Of a DNA stretch of 64,000 nucleotides, positions 13,501 to 24,529 are shown piece after piece (position 1 is the first letter of the stretch; each line of letters starts with the position of its first letter). The stretch lies in NCBI GenBank assembly GCA_002269645.1, contig NIVC01000608.1, positions 186,001 through 250,000 of the forward strand, written 5' to 3'. The stretch is from Macrostomum lignano (lineage: Eukaryota). A program made the position numbers and the translations under genes. Below the pieces are notes generated by a model. That model had not been told where the DNA came from. It saw nothing but the letters and a program-made list of their open reading frames with translations, and made no database searches.

Positions 13501-16500
13501 ATGCATCTGAGGGGATCAGGGATTTCATAATGTATCTGATCGGGGATCTGGGATCCCATATTGTTTCTGATGGAATCTGGGACCCCATATTGTATCTGAT
13601 GGAATCTGGGACCCCATATTGTATCTGATGGGAGCTGGTATCTGAGATTATTAACGTGAAACTGTGAATTCAATTAATTAAAATATGTTAAAAATTAATC
13701 ACATTTTTAACAAACGCACTGTCAAGGCACCAGCCTTAATGGAGCAAAAAATTCATACGAAAAACGCCGTTTCAGATTCCGAAGCAGCGGAAAGCCCGCC
13801 CTACCCGCCTATCAGCCAGTCGCAGATGATTGGATCTCCCGCAGCCAATCAGGTTGGAGCAGCGGCGCAACAGCCGGAGCCGCGTAAGACCGCAGCTCCA
13901 GGCCCAGCCAATCAGCAGAGGCGGTCGTCGAATATTGGCTCTACAGCCAATCAGGGCAAAATGGACGAGACTGGTTAGAGCTATGAGGATTTTACTTTTA
14001 TTGGGATAGGAATGTTGGGTGAAAGCTGCTACATTTGCATAATTATAAGAATTTCATAAACAGGTCTCATTTTTGTTAGACCAGGGGTCAGCAAACTCTG
14101 GCCCGCAGACCACATACGCCACGCAAAGCCTCTCTATCCGGCCCTGGTCCTTTGAATCTTCACAACAGCAATCCGGCCCGCTAAACGTTTATATCTCTTC
14201 TCAGCGTTGTTCTCTCTAATATCCTCTCTCCTTTCCTCTCTCCCCTCCCCTCCTCTCCTCTCCTCTCCTCTCCTCTCCTCTCCTCTCCTCTCCTCTCCTC
14301 TCCTCTCCTCTCCTCTCCTCTCCTCTCCTCTCCTCTCCTCTCCTCTCCCCTTCTCTCCTCTCCCCTCCTTACCTCTCCTCTCCCCTCCTCTCCTCTCCCC
14401 TCCTCTCCTCTCCTCTCCTGAGAAGAGATATAAACGTTTAGCGGGCCGGATTGCTGTTGTGAAGATTCAAAGGACCAGGGCCGGATAGAGAGGCTTTGCG
14501 TGGCGTATGTGGTCTGCGTATGTCCTCTCCTCTCCTCTCCTCTCCTCTCCTCTCCTCTCCTCTCCTCTCCTCTCCTCTCCCCTTCCCTCCTCTCCCATCC
14601 CCTCCTCTCCTCTCCCCTCCTCTCCTCTCCTCTCCTCTCCTCTCCTCTCCTCTCCTCTCCTCTCCTCTCCCCTTCCCTCCTCTCCCATCCCCTCCTCTCC
14701 TCTCCCCTCCTCTTCTCTCCCCTACCCTCCTCTCCTCTCCTCTCCTCTCCTCTCCTCTCCTCTCCTCTCCCCTCCCCTCCTCTCCTCTCCTCTCCTCTCC
14801 TCTCTCCTCTCCTCTCCTCTCCCTCCCCTCCCCTCCTCTCCTCTCCCTTCCTCTCCTCTCCCCTCCTCTCCTCTCCCCTCCTCTCCCCTCCTCTCCTCTC
14901 CCCTCCTCTTCTCTCCCCTCCTCTCCTCTCCCCTCCTCTCCTCTCCCCTCCTCTCCTCTCCTCTCCCCTCCTCTCTCCTCTCTTCTCCCCTTCCCTCATC
15001 TCTCGTCTCCTCTCTTCTGCTTAACTCCCTCGCCTCTCCTCCCCTATCTCCCCAATCTCTTCTCCATTCCCTTGCCTGTCTCCCCTGTTCTGCCCACCCC
15101 CCAGTTATCTTTGACTTACTTGACTTAGCTGCAGGGCTGTCCCGGAGGGGACACAGCGGGAAGGCGCGGGCGCCCATTCCGCTAGTCCCTGAACGGCCGA
15201 CGCGTCGCTATGGACGGAGGGTTGGCGCCGCCCAGGGAGGTCCCCCAGTGTCGCCAGCAGCTATGGTGCTCTCTGGAAAGGAGAGTTCAGCCCAGCGGGT
15301 GGCCCGAAGGTAGCGCATGAGCTGATTAAAGTTTTCGGGTTTGCACGCTTCAGTAATAGATATGTGTGGCCCGAGGTAAGTGAGTCTGGCCCGCGTGAAG
15401 GCGGGACAGATGCTGACGAAATGCTCAGCGGTTTCGTCACCTGAGTTGCAGAAACTACAGGTGGCGTTGGTGGCGTTGCCCTGCAGGTACTGGTGCCTGG
15501 AGAAGCAGCCGTGACCAGAGAGGGTCATGGTGGCAGCCCGGATGTCTCTGCGCGAGAGGCGCAAGAGGAGCTTCCGGAGCTGGTGAGAGGGCTGAGGGAC
15601 AGCGCCTCTGGATTGCCTGCAGTTCGTGCGGTTCGCCCAAGTCGAGCGGTGCTGAGTCCTGATCCACGCTTTGATGCGCGAGTCGATGACACAGCCAGGA
15701 ATCGGGACAAGAGGTTCGGGGCCGAGAGAGGAGCCGGAGGCACCAACTTTTGCAAGGGTGTCAGCCAACTCATTTCCTCGGATCCCCACATGCCCCGGAA
15801 CCCACTTAAGGGTAATTTTGTTGGCGGAACCCAACACGTTGAGGAGTTTGATACAGGGTTTTTTTTTTACCCCAATTAGTACCCCATGGGGTATTAGTCA
15901 ACTGATTTGGGGTACTATTTTGCCCATTAATACCCCAGAATGGGGTACTATTTTTTCGACTTTAATTCAAACAAGTTAAGCTTTTTTCTAAAATTTGCTG
16001 TTCAATTAAAATTCTGACTGGGCTGGTATGGGTCTTTGTACTAAGGTATATCCACTCGTGTGGTGAGTCAGACTGTCAGGCTAAAACTCTAAAAGTGAGA
16101 GAGGGTTGGAATTGGAAACTTGGAATTAGATTTAGATTAGATTGCGATACTGCAACGCCATCTAACTTACTTGAAATTTCGAAATCTAGCTTGTTCAGCC
16201 TTCAACGAAAGACACAAGAATGCAGTCAAACATTAGCAGCTGTGTTTTAACTCTGAATATAGTCTTGATTAAGTTATTTGACTGCGCCAGAATCAATTTT
16301 TATAAGAATTCAAGTAAACTACAGAGGCAAAATTAGAAATTTCATGGGGTATTACTCCTCCAAAATGGGGTACTACTCAGAGGCTTGATACCCCAATTCG
16401 GGTACTAATCAATAGCGAAAAAAAAACACTGGTTTGATACAGTCGAGGACTGTAGCAGAGTTGGTGCTGCAGCCACTGATGGCGTGCAAGGCAGCTTGGC

Positions 16501-19500
16501 TGTCCGAATGGAAAATGATGTTCTTACCAGTAACGCCAGTGGCGAGAAGCTCTGCAGTGCAGGAGCTGATGGCCAGAACTTCATTTTGGAAAACACTGGA
16601 GTTGACCCCAGTGTATTGAGCGTGGGTAGCGATGACCCTCCCGTTCAGAAACACGTTCAGAAGGTGTTGGCTGACTGCTTAGAACCGTCGGTGTAGCAAT
16701 GAAGCTCACCAGGGTTCCATTGGTCATTGATGTTATCGCGCGAGTCGATAGCTACGGAGTAGCGCTGTCTCAGGTTGAGCGTTGAGGCAATGCCATCGAT
16801 GAAGACGCGATTGGCCTGACACTCGTTGAGAAAGTTGAGGCACAGATCGCTATGCGGGACAAAGTTCCGCTTAGCAGGTGCTCTCATGTAAATGAATTTG
16901 ACGCCGGCATCAATTAGACGCCGCGTCGTTCTAGCCGCCTCACCCCTGATGAAGAGGTCAAGAGGCGGAAGATTAAGGAAGGCCCCCATGCCAGCAAAGG
17001 GCGTGGACCTGGTGGCGTTGCAGATGAGCCTACACGCTCTGCCTTGGATCGTGTTGAGCAGGTCTGCATGGCTTTTGACCTGGGTAGCGCTAACCCAAAC
17101 AACAGAGGCGTACGTAATGGCAGGTCTAACTACGGAAGTATAGATCCACCAAAGCCGCTTTAGGGATAGACCCCAAGAAGTGCCAAGTGCTCGTCGGAGC
17201 TGGGCCAGGATGGCTGAGGCACGCTTGGCTTTTGCTTTCACGTGGGAGGACCAGTTGAGCCGGTGGTCAAGTATGACCCCGAGACATCTGGTCTGGTGCG
17301 CGAAGGCAATATCTTTGCCGTAGAGCTGCAGAGGACGTATGTTCCAGCGTAGTCTGCTGGTAAACATAATGGCAACGGTTTTGGGCTCAGAGAGTTCCAG
17401 ACCATTGTCATTGGCCCAGGATTCTGCTTTGCGGATAAAGCTCTGCATCAGATCCCTGAGCGTGCTGGGAGACGGTCCTGCCACAATGGCCGTGACGTCA
17501 TCAGCATACCCGACTTTGAAGACGGGGTCGGGTCGGGAGTCACTCAAAAGAGCGTCCATGACCAGGTTCCAGAGCGTCGGGGTGAGACTCCGCCTTGGGG
17601 TCCACCCTTACAGACTCTGGTGGAGGCAGTTTGCCCAAGAAGTTGGGCAGTGACCGTACGGTTGGAGATCATGTACATGATCCACCGTATGAGGGTAGCA
17701 TGAGCTTTGCGATTTTGAAGGGCCCTCTGAAACGCTTCAAAGATAACGTTGTCGAAGGCGCCAACAATGTCAAGAAAGAGAGCCAGAGCGTAACCGTCAC
17801 CCAGTACCGCCCTTTCAATCTTCTCGACAATCGCATGCAGGGCGCTGTCAGTCGACCTCCCGGTACGGAAGGCGTGCTGATTATTGCTGAGGGGCATCGC
17901 TGTCAGCTCGCAGGACAGCAGCCGCCAGAGAATAAGCCTCTCAGTGAGCTTAAGCATTGCTGACGTTAAGCTAATAGGCCGGAAGGCCTTGACGCTTTGG
18001 TAGTCACCCTTCCCAGGTTTGGGAATAAAGACTACCCGAGCTTCAGTCCAGCATTTGGGAACGTATCCCAGCTGGATAGAGGCCCGCATAAGATTGCGGG
18101 TGAGTCTCAGGAACGAGGGTATCTTGGCTGCTTCACGAAGGAGAACAGGGTAGATACCATCAGGTCCAGGAGATTTGAAGGGTTTGAAGGTTCTGACCGC
18201 ACGAGCGATTAGGTCTTCAGTGACAATGCCCGCCGCTAGGGTGGCTCCATCCATCGAATGGTTGGGCTCCGGTCTAGCAGTAGGTACCCTCGGGAAGAAT
18301 GTGCTAAGCATATGCTGAAGCACTTCTTCAGGGTCTTTAGTAAGGAGCCATCATCTTTTTTGATCATGGCTAATTTGGACATTTTGTCCATTGTAAGGGC
18401 CTTGACAAGCCTAGAAGTAGGTCTGTCTTGATCCAATTCATTGCAGAATTGGCGCCACTTACATTCCTTGGCCTTGCGCACTTCAGATTTGAAATTGCGG
18501 GAGGCTTGCCGGAAAAGCTCCATGTCCTCCGGGTTTCCGGTCTTCATGGCACGGCGATGAAGGCTTTTGGCCTTCCGCCTGAGTTTCCCCAGCTCCGGGT
18601 TCCACCACGGCGCCGAGGTCTTGCCTTTGTAGGCGCGAGCAGGACAAGCCGCTTCGTAGGCTTCAATAATGCAACCTGTCAGCGTCTCAGCCATATGATC
18701 CACATCCTCGCAGGTCTCAATCGGACGTAAGTCCGTGAGTTCCTGCAGGTGCAGATCAAGGGCAGCCTTGTAGGCCGCCCAATCAGTGTTGCGGATATTG
18801 CGTCTCCAAGTGATCGGAGACTGGGTTTTAGTGTCCGCGATGTTAAAGGCGATAAAGCAGTGGTCAGACAGGGAGGGCTCCTCAGACCAGACTCTCCACT
18901 CCTCAACTCTGTCAAAGAGTCTTGGGGTAACGAGTGTGGCGTCGAGGACCTCGGTCCATCTGCCATTATTAAAGGTAGGAGTGCTGCCGCGGTTGCAGAG
19001 CATGAGTTTGTGTTAGAGATGAGGGCCAGAAGCTCCTCTCCTCTAGTGTTGGTATCTTTGCTGCCCCAGTGCTTGTGGTGCGCGTTGAGGTCGCCCCCTA
19101 AGCACAGCTCAGCGTTCTGGGACTCGCAGTACTGCGCGAGGCGCAGTAAACTCTCAGGAGCAGGGTCTCTGTCGCCTGGGATATAAACCGAGGCAACAAG
19201 ACACGTACGCGGAGAGAAATGATTAGATTGGATGACGCAAAGGTCTCCATCAGAGAGATCAGTCCTCAGCCAAGCCTGGAGATGGCTAGCAGCGAGGATA
19301 GCCGCTCTAGGGCGGCTGTTCCCCGGGCCACACACATAAAAATCAGAGTAGCCAGAGGGAATGTTGGGCAACTTACCGTTGCGCATCCAGGGTTCCTGGA
19401 TCAGGATGAGGCCTGGCCTGTACAGCTCAGCAATCTTCATCAGATTTACTGACGCAGATACGCAATGCTGTAAATTAATTTGCAGACAGAATGTCGCTCC

Positions 19501-22500
19501 TTTGGCAGCGTGGAGCTTAGTCATACTGTATTAAATGCAATTTCTGGCTAGAGCCCAGGGCCATCAAGGAGACTTGGACAACAGATCGTCCTCGTCCCAG
19601 GCCGCTGGGGCTTGACTGGGAGATGGGAGTTGGTCGACGTCCATGGCCTCCTCACCCCACCGGCCCCCCCAGCAGAGTCCTCAGGCTCCGATGACAGGAT
19701 GGAGGAAGCTTCCTCATCTGCATCTTTACCTTCAGACCCCACCAGGGTGGCCGAGGAGAGCTCGGATTCCGAAGACCCGGCCTCGTCCTCAACTCCTTCT
19801 CCGACTGGCAGGTTTGGTTCCCGGGGCTTGGCCGGAGCCGTTACCGCGGTCGCCGAACTGCTGCTAGCAGAGGGGCGAGATGCAGCTTTGGCTTTGGGAT
19901 CGGCTTGCGCCTTTCCTTGGGCCTTAGACTGCGCCCCGCTCTTGCCGGAGATGCCGGGTTGGCAGTAGCCTTCCCTTTGGCAGACTTTCCTCGGCGCATC
20001 TTGAGCTTGAGGGCACCTAGCTGGAAAGAGGATCCATTAGGGTACCGACTCGCCCAAGTGCTGGAAAGGCCGAGGACAATTGAGTTGCCCGTCTCCCCCT
20101 GCGGACTTTACGGTGATACACCAGTCCACTAGCAGGGAGGTCGGGGTTCAGACGCAGTAGGACCCGGCGAATAACGTCTGGTCCAGCTGCGGTGCTCTTA
20201 GCAGGGACGAAAACCACATAGGGTATCGTCTTTGGACGCTGGCCCTCGCGAAGAAAAAGAGCTCCGCCAAGGTCAGCATCCAAGGAGACCGTCGGTAGCC
20301 GCTGGAGCAGCTGCCGAGCGTCCTCCTCGCTGCTAGGAGCAATAAGAACGAATGTGCTTCGCAGCACCATCCGCTCAATGCCGATGGAGATTCCCTCCTC
20401 GACAGTCAGCTCAATCAGATAGGAGTCAACAGCACTCCACACTTTTTGAAGCTGATCAGTGGTCCAGTCCTGGTCGCGACCTTGGATGATCACTCCCGGG
20501 ATTTTGGCCTTGGCCTTCGCCGCAAAGGTAGCTCCCGAAGGAACCTCCTTGTTGGCAGTGGCCATTTGTTGCGCCGTGGTTTCGGCCTCAGCAGCCGCAG
20601 CAGCATCTCCAGGGAGCGCCGCCGCTGAACTACCGGAGCTTCCACCGGCCGGCCCGTCTGGTTGCCTTGGGACGCCAGTCGCTTCAGCATCCATGGTGGA
20701 CGCCGCCGCTTTGGCCCCCGCAGCTCCCTTCTTGGCCTGCCTTTTGGCGCGTTGTTTAGCGCGTTTGCGCTCAAGCCGAGCCCGCTGAGCTTCATCGGAT
20801 CTGCCAGATTTGGCCGGTCCTTTAGGCTCAGAGCTCGCGGTTCCCTTAGATCCACCAGCGGAGCTGGCAGGTCTTAGGGTTTTTTGAGTTTGGTAGCTCT
20901 GGTCGGATCTGCCAGCAGAGCCAGCCGGTCCTTCCTTTGCCACAGTTGAATCAGTCGGTTGGGATCTGCCAGCAGGGCCGGCCGGTCCTTCGGACTGAGG
21001 TTGGGGTTTAGAAGGGTCCCCGTCCCTAGAAAAAGCTTTGTTATCCATAATCGGCTCGAAGGCCATGATAAAAGGTTGGTGGGCTACCCTCAAAGGGGCG
21101 CGGTACCCACCCGGCCGCTCCACCTGACCGGGCAGTAGGCCAATAGCACCCTCAAGGCTGGCCCGACACCAGGAGGGGGACCGCTTGCGACCGGACTACT
21201 CCCCGGCCTTCCAGCCCATCGGCACGGTCAACACCTTAGGCATTAGAGAGTACGTTGAGCAGTACCACGGCCTGCAGGTTGGCGAGCCAGACCCGCATAC
21301 CCAAATTCGGCCGAAGCCACTGGATAGAGTCGCCAGCGCCGGAGCCCAGTCTGTCCAGCAGCCCTAGGGACTGCCTTGAACACACGCGGGGACGAGTACC
21401 CTGGGTCGACTTGCGAGACAGCGTGGGGGGGTCTGCGGCTGCCAGAGGCAAATAGAGGGTGCAGACCTCCCACCAGCCTTGACCTGCTGAAGATAGGGGC
21501 AGGCGTGAAGCATCGCAGACCTTAGCCCATGGGCCTAGTCTGTCTCATACTTCACTGGCATGCTGAATACGCCTTCGCGTGCTCTCCTCTCCTCTCCTCT
21601 CCTCTCCTCTCCTCTCCTCTCCTCTCCTCTCCCCTTCCCTCCTCTCCCATCCCCTCCTCTCCTCTCCCCTCCTCTTCTCTCCCCTACCCTCCTCTCCTCT
21701 CCTCTCCCTCCCTCCTCTCCTCTCCTCTCCTCTCCTCTCCTCTCCTCTCCTCTCCTCTCCCCTCCCCTCCCCTCCTCTCCTCTCCTCTCCCCTCGTCTCC
21801 CCTCCTCTCCTCTCCCCTCCTCTTCTCTCCCTCCTCTCCTCTCCCCTCCTCTCCTCTCCCTCCTCTCCTCTCCTCTCCCCTCCCCTCTCTCCCTCCTCTC
21901 CTCTCCCCTCGTCTCCCCTCCTCTCTCCTCTCCCCTCCTCTCCTCTCCTCCTCTCCTCTCCCCTTCCCTCATCTCTCGTCTCCTCTCTTCTGCTTAATTC
22001 CCTCGCCTCTCCTCCCCTATCTCCCCAATCTCTTCTCCATTCCCTTGCCTGTCTCCCCTGTTCTGCCCCCCCCCCCCAGTTATCAGTTATGCTCTAGGTT
22101 GTCTATCAGGCCCTTGAGGTAAACAAAGTTTGCCGAGCCCTGAGTTGAAGTTTTTAGTTAGAGGCGAGGGGCTTTTTGCACCCTAGCGCACTTTAAGCGA
22201 CATTGATTGCATAAGCAGAGCCAAGCAGAGATTCCAATTTAGCCCCAAATTACGAGCTAATGTGACTGCACTTGGAATCGAGCCTGGGCCGCTGGAACAT
22301 CTGAGCGCCGGGCTGGACCTCTGGGCTACGGCCCCCTGGTTATGCAAGCAGATCTTTAGTAGTGTTTTTTTAATGTTTCAAATAATCAGCCCTAAAAATA
22401 CTACTGAAATTGGCCAAACCAAGTAGGCCAGTAGCGAGTATTTCGCGTATAAAAATCTAAGGAAAGTTTAATGTAAGTATAACGGTTCGGAAACAACCTT

Positions 22501-22653
22501 CCCGCAGCGGAGAAGTTTCGCTTCACCGACCCGGCAGTCGGCGCCAGCGCGCCGTCACTGTTTCTGCAGCGCCTCGTCGAGCTCAGCGCACTTCAGGCCG
22601 AGACAGTCCGCCACGAGAAGATGAAGGCCAACAAAAGAAAGCTTCGAAGCTGA
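7540..22653 (+). CDS. Uncharacterised multi-exon protein-coding gene, 5' end unresolved
   Basis: Exons 7540-7924, 9502-9726, 10973-11352, 13776-13973 and 22508-22653 (stop TGA). All four junctions are GT-AG and phase-compatible (2,2,1,1): ELLC|SDG, RGAY|[11 protein letters not shown]|DSEA, DET|AEKFRFTDP. Possible upstream exons 5856-5929 and 7128-7266 need a 1-nt insertion in the A7 run at 7205-7211 and have weak splice sites. Confidence 0.6.
7950..9015. repeat. (CCAT)n/(CCAC) tetranucleotide array, intronic
   Basis: Visible directly; source of the MDGW ORFs. Confidence 0.97.
9738..10676. repeat. 14-bp tandem repeat (GATCCCTGATCCTC), ~67 near-perfect copies, intronic
   Basis: Visible directly; starts about 11 bp after the donor at 9727. 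Confidence 0.97.
11377..13625. repeat. 29-bp minisatellite with two variant domains, intronic
   Basis: GGGATCTGGGATCTCATACTGTATCTGAT up to ~11900, then GGGGATCTGGGATCCCATAATGCATCTGA. Confidence 0.97.
14082..14204. mobile_element. hAT/Charlie-like MITE, left-end fragment
   Basis: Starts CAGGGGTCAGCAAACTCTGGCCCG and contains an internal TCCGGCCCG, typical of Charlie/MER58-type termini. No right end or TSD was found. Confidence 0.5.
14104..14518. repeat. Perfect 101-bp inverted repeat around a (CTCCT)n spacer
   Basis: 14104-14204 is the exact reverse complement of 14418-14518. Confidence 0.95.
14522..15109. repeat. Degenerate (CTCCT)n plus unique tail; left copy of the direct repeat flanking the LINE
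   Basis: Shares diagnostic variants and the tail ...CTTGCCTGTCTCCCCTGTTCTGCCC...CCAGTTATC with 21582-22084. Confidence 0.9.
15208..19524 (-). pseudogene. LINE ORF2 (endonuclease, reverse transcriptase, RNase H), disrupted
   Basis: Track ORFs 18679-19524, 18236-19003, 17544-18323, 16657-17559, 16409-16654 and 15208-15837 join up. Breaks are 1-nt deletions near 19005, 18345 and 17585, a lesion near 16655-16662, and a MITE insertion. Confidence 0.9.
15854..16431. mobile_element. 578-bp non-autonomous hAT element inserted in the LINE RNase H domain
   Basis: 8-bp TSD GTTTGATA at 15846-15853 and 16432-16439. Imperfect TIRs CAG(G/T)GTTTTTTTTT. Removing it restores [21 protein letters not shown] in frame. 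Confidence 0.92.
19564..21066 (-). pseudogene. LINE ORF1 (gag-like), frameshifted
   Basis: ATG at 21066. K/R/A-rich N-terminus followed by a globular region ([10 protein letters not shown]...LRLNPDLP). The frame extends to TGA at 19564 if 1-nt deletions near 20097, 19957 and 19652 are restored. Confidence 0.75.
21582..22084. repeat. Degenerate (CTCCT)n plus unique tail; right copy of the direct repeat flanking the LINE
   Basis: Near-identical to 14522-15109 apart from repeat-number differences and a few substitutions. Confidence 0.9.
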
Positions 22654-23471
22654 GTAGTTAAACTAGTCCTTCCCTAGCTCACTGAACTCTGTGCAAATTA
22701 TAATCCTGCATAATTCGTATTTTAATTAAAAACCAATTGTTATTTAGTCCATGCTACGGTTTAGGCGTAGATCTTTTGATTTACAATTACTGTGAGTTTA
22801 GAGTGCAAATTACAATGATAATAATATTCCAGCAAAGTCGCTCCAAAGTCTGTGTTCCTATTCTATTTTGCTTTGCAGTCAATTGGCAGTTGATGCATCA
22901 CAGAATAATACACAAGAAAAGTAAGAAAGATGTACGTATGCATATACTAGTCATATGCATATACAATCTATTGCACAAATGGCACGATATTCAACGATTC
23001 TCACTCTGATTCTGAGAAGGTTAGATTTTACCTATAAGCACACCCGGGCGCCAATTAGTACTTCTCCTTGGTTTAAAGTTCATCAGCACGTCAAACACAC
23101 GTGTACGAACTATGCGTGATCTCTGGCTTCGGTGGCCGCTGGCCTTCACCTAGGCGGAGCTTCTGGCCCTTCAACAGGTGGTACAGAACCGTTAGTTAAT
23201 TCCCGCATGTTAGATTCTGCAGATAATATGGCTCGCAGATTAATGTCTTTTATCTGCGGCTCAAAATGAAATAAGACGGGAGAATGGGAGTTGTGAAGGA
23301 TGTTTTTAAGCGAATATTTTGGTAATTAATTGTGCCGTTTGTTTTCTATATTATCCAAACCTGTACTCATACATGGCAAAAATAATGTATAGCTCTGATG
23401 AATATTACTCTAAGCAAAACACAATCTCATTTTTGTCAATCAATTTTATTAATCAGTCCTTGCTAGATGCT

Positions 23472-23723
23472 TTAGCCCTTTTTAGCGTAGCACTTTCTGG
23501 CTAAGTGGAGGAGGCGCCTGAAAATCTTACAGGCGCTTTTAATGCGCCACTTCTTCTGCGGCTGGGCGGCCCGCTCCTCCATCTTCTCCGAGTCCTCCAA
23601 CTGCGACAGGGCCTCCAGCGCGTCGATGGCCTCCGCCTCCTCCTCTGAAATATCCTTGTTGGGACTGGCGGCGACAGCCAGGACTGCACAGAGCAGAAGT
23701 CCGAGAGCCAGCTGGTACTTCAT
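23472..23723 (-). CDS. 83-aa secreted prepropeptide, putative amidated cationic antimicrobial or toxin peptide
   Basis: Signal-like MKYQLALGLLLCAVLAVAA, acidic spacer SPNKDISEEEAEAIDALEALSQLEDSEKMEERAAQPQ, and KKWRIKSACKIFRRLLHLARKCYAKKG*. Start context GCGACCATG. TATA-like CATAAATA at 23788-23781 and AATAAA at 23450-23445. Confidence 0.85.
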   Translation of the reverse strand: MKYQLALGLLLCAVLAVAASPNKDISEEEAEAIDALEALSQLEDSEKMEERAAQPQKKWRIKSACKIFRRLLHLARKCYAKKG

Positions 23724-24460
23724 GGTCGCTGAGTTGCTGCTCAGGTGAGGCTTGGCTGTCCCGCTCCGCCACATGCTCCGTATTTATGCAGTTTCAGCCG
23801 GCTGTTTACCCGACGGTTCGGCAACTCAAATCCGTCATTTGCAGTCTCTGAACTCCAGGATTTGCTGCATCATTGGCGTGGCTCACTGCTGTCAGACGGC
23901 TGAATATCTGGGATTCGCAAGCCGGCTCTGCCTCTCTGTTCTGCACTGGAGCCTCACTGATGCTAATTTGTCGGCTTTTTATCAGCGTTTCATTAACCAC
24001 TTCTACCTCTGTCTCTCTTCTTCCCTTGTCTGGCGAGATGTGAAAAAAAACGTTTTTTTAAATTGACTAACTTTCGGCTGCCATAAGTTTGCTCTACGTG
24101 AAGCGATTGACTTGAAACTTAACAAAATTATTCATTGACTTATTCTCTGTCAAAATGTAAAATCTCAACTCTTTAACTCAATCAGAGCGGAAATTGTATG
24201 CATATGAATTTTGCCTGCTTTTTCTGCTGTTTGTGACGCTCACACCAAGGGTCAGGCGATAGGGCTCTGTGTACATGGCAGTGTACAGTGTTTTGGTATA
24301 GCTTAATTTATAGCCTGCTCGGCTCCCCCGTGGGAAGGCTACGTTTAGCCATGACAGTTTGCGAGCTATGACTCGGTCAGTGTGCGAGTCCGAGTTTTGG
24401 GAGGCTGCAATTGTTGCTTCATTAGGCAATGAGACTGGCCTCTGAAGCTGCGCTGTGCGC

Positions 24461-24462
<2 letters not shown>

Positions 24463-24528
<66 letters not shown>
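24463..24528. repeat. (CT)33 microsatellite
   Basis: Visible directly. Confidence 0.97.

Positions 24529-24529
<1 letters not shown>

Larger units (their letters stand above)
15110..21581 (-). mobile_element. Full-length non-LTR retrotransposon, LOA/Lian-like (ORF1 plus APE-RT-RNase H-CCHC), antisense in an intron
   Basis: APE motifs QINLQH, LIQEPW and [10 protein letters not shown] motifs [24 protein letters not shown] and GYADD. RNase H motifs YTDGS, SDSQAAL and [16 protein letters not shown]-terminal CSFC...HFVSIC. 3' end TAAGTCAAGTAAGTCAAA. The clade call comes from domain architecture. Confidence 0.92.

Noticed and set aside
21067-21581. HDV-like ribozyme in the GC-rich LINE 5'UTR
   Set aside because: Several hairpins are possible, but I could not assemble the nested double pseudoknot by eye; it needs an RNAbob/Infernal search.
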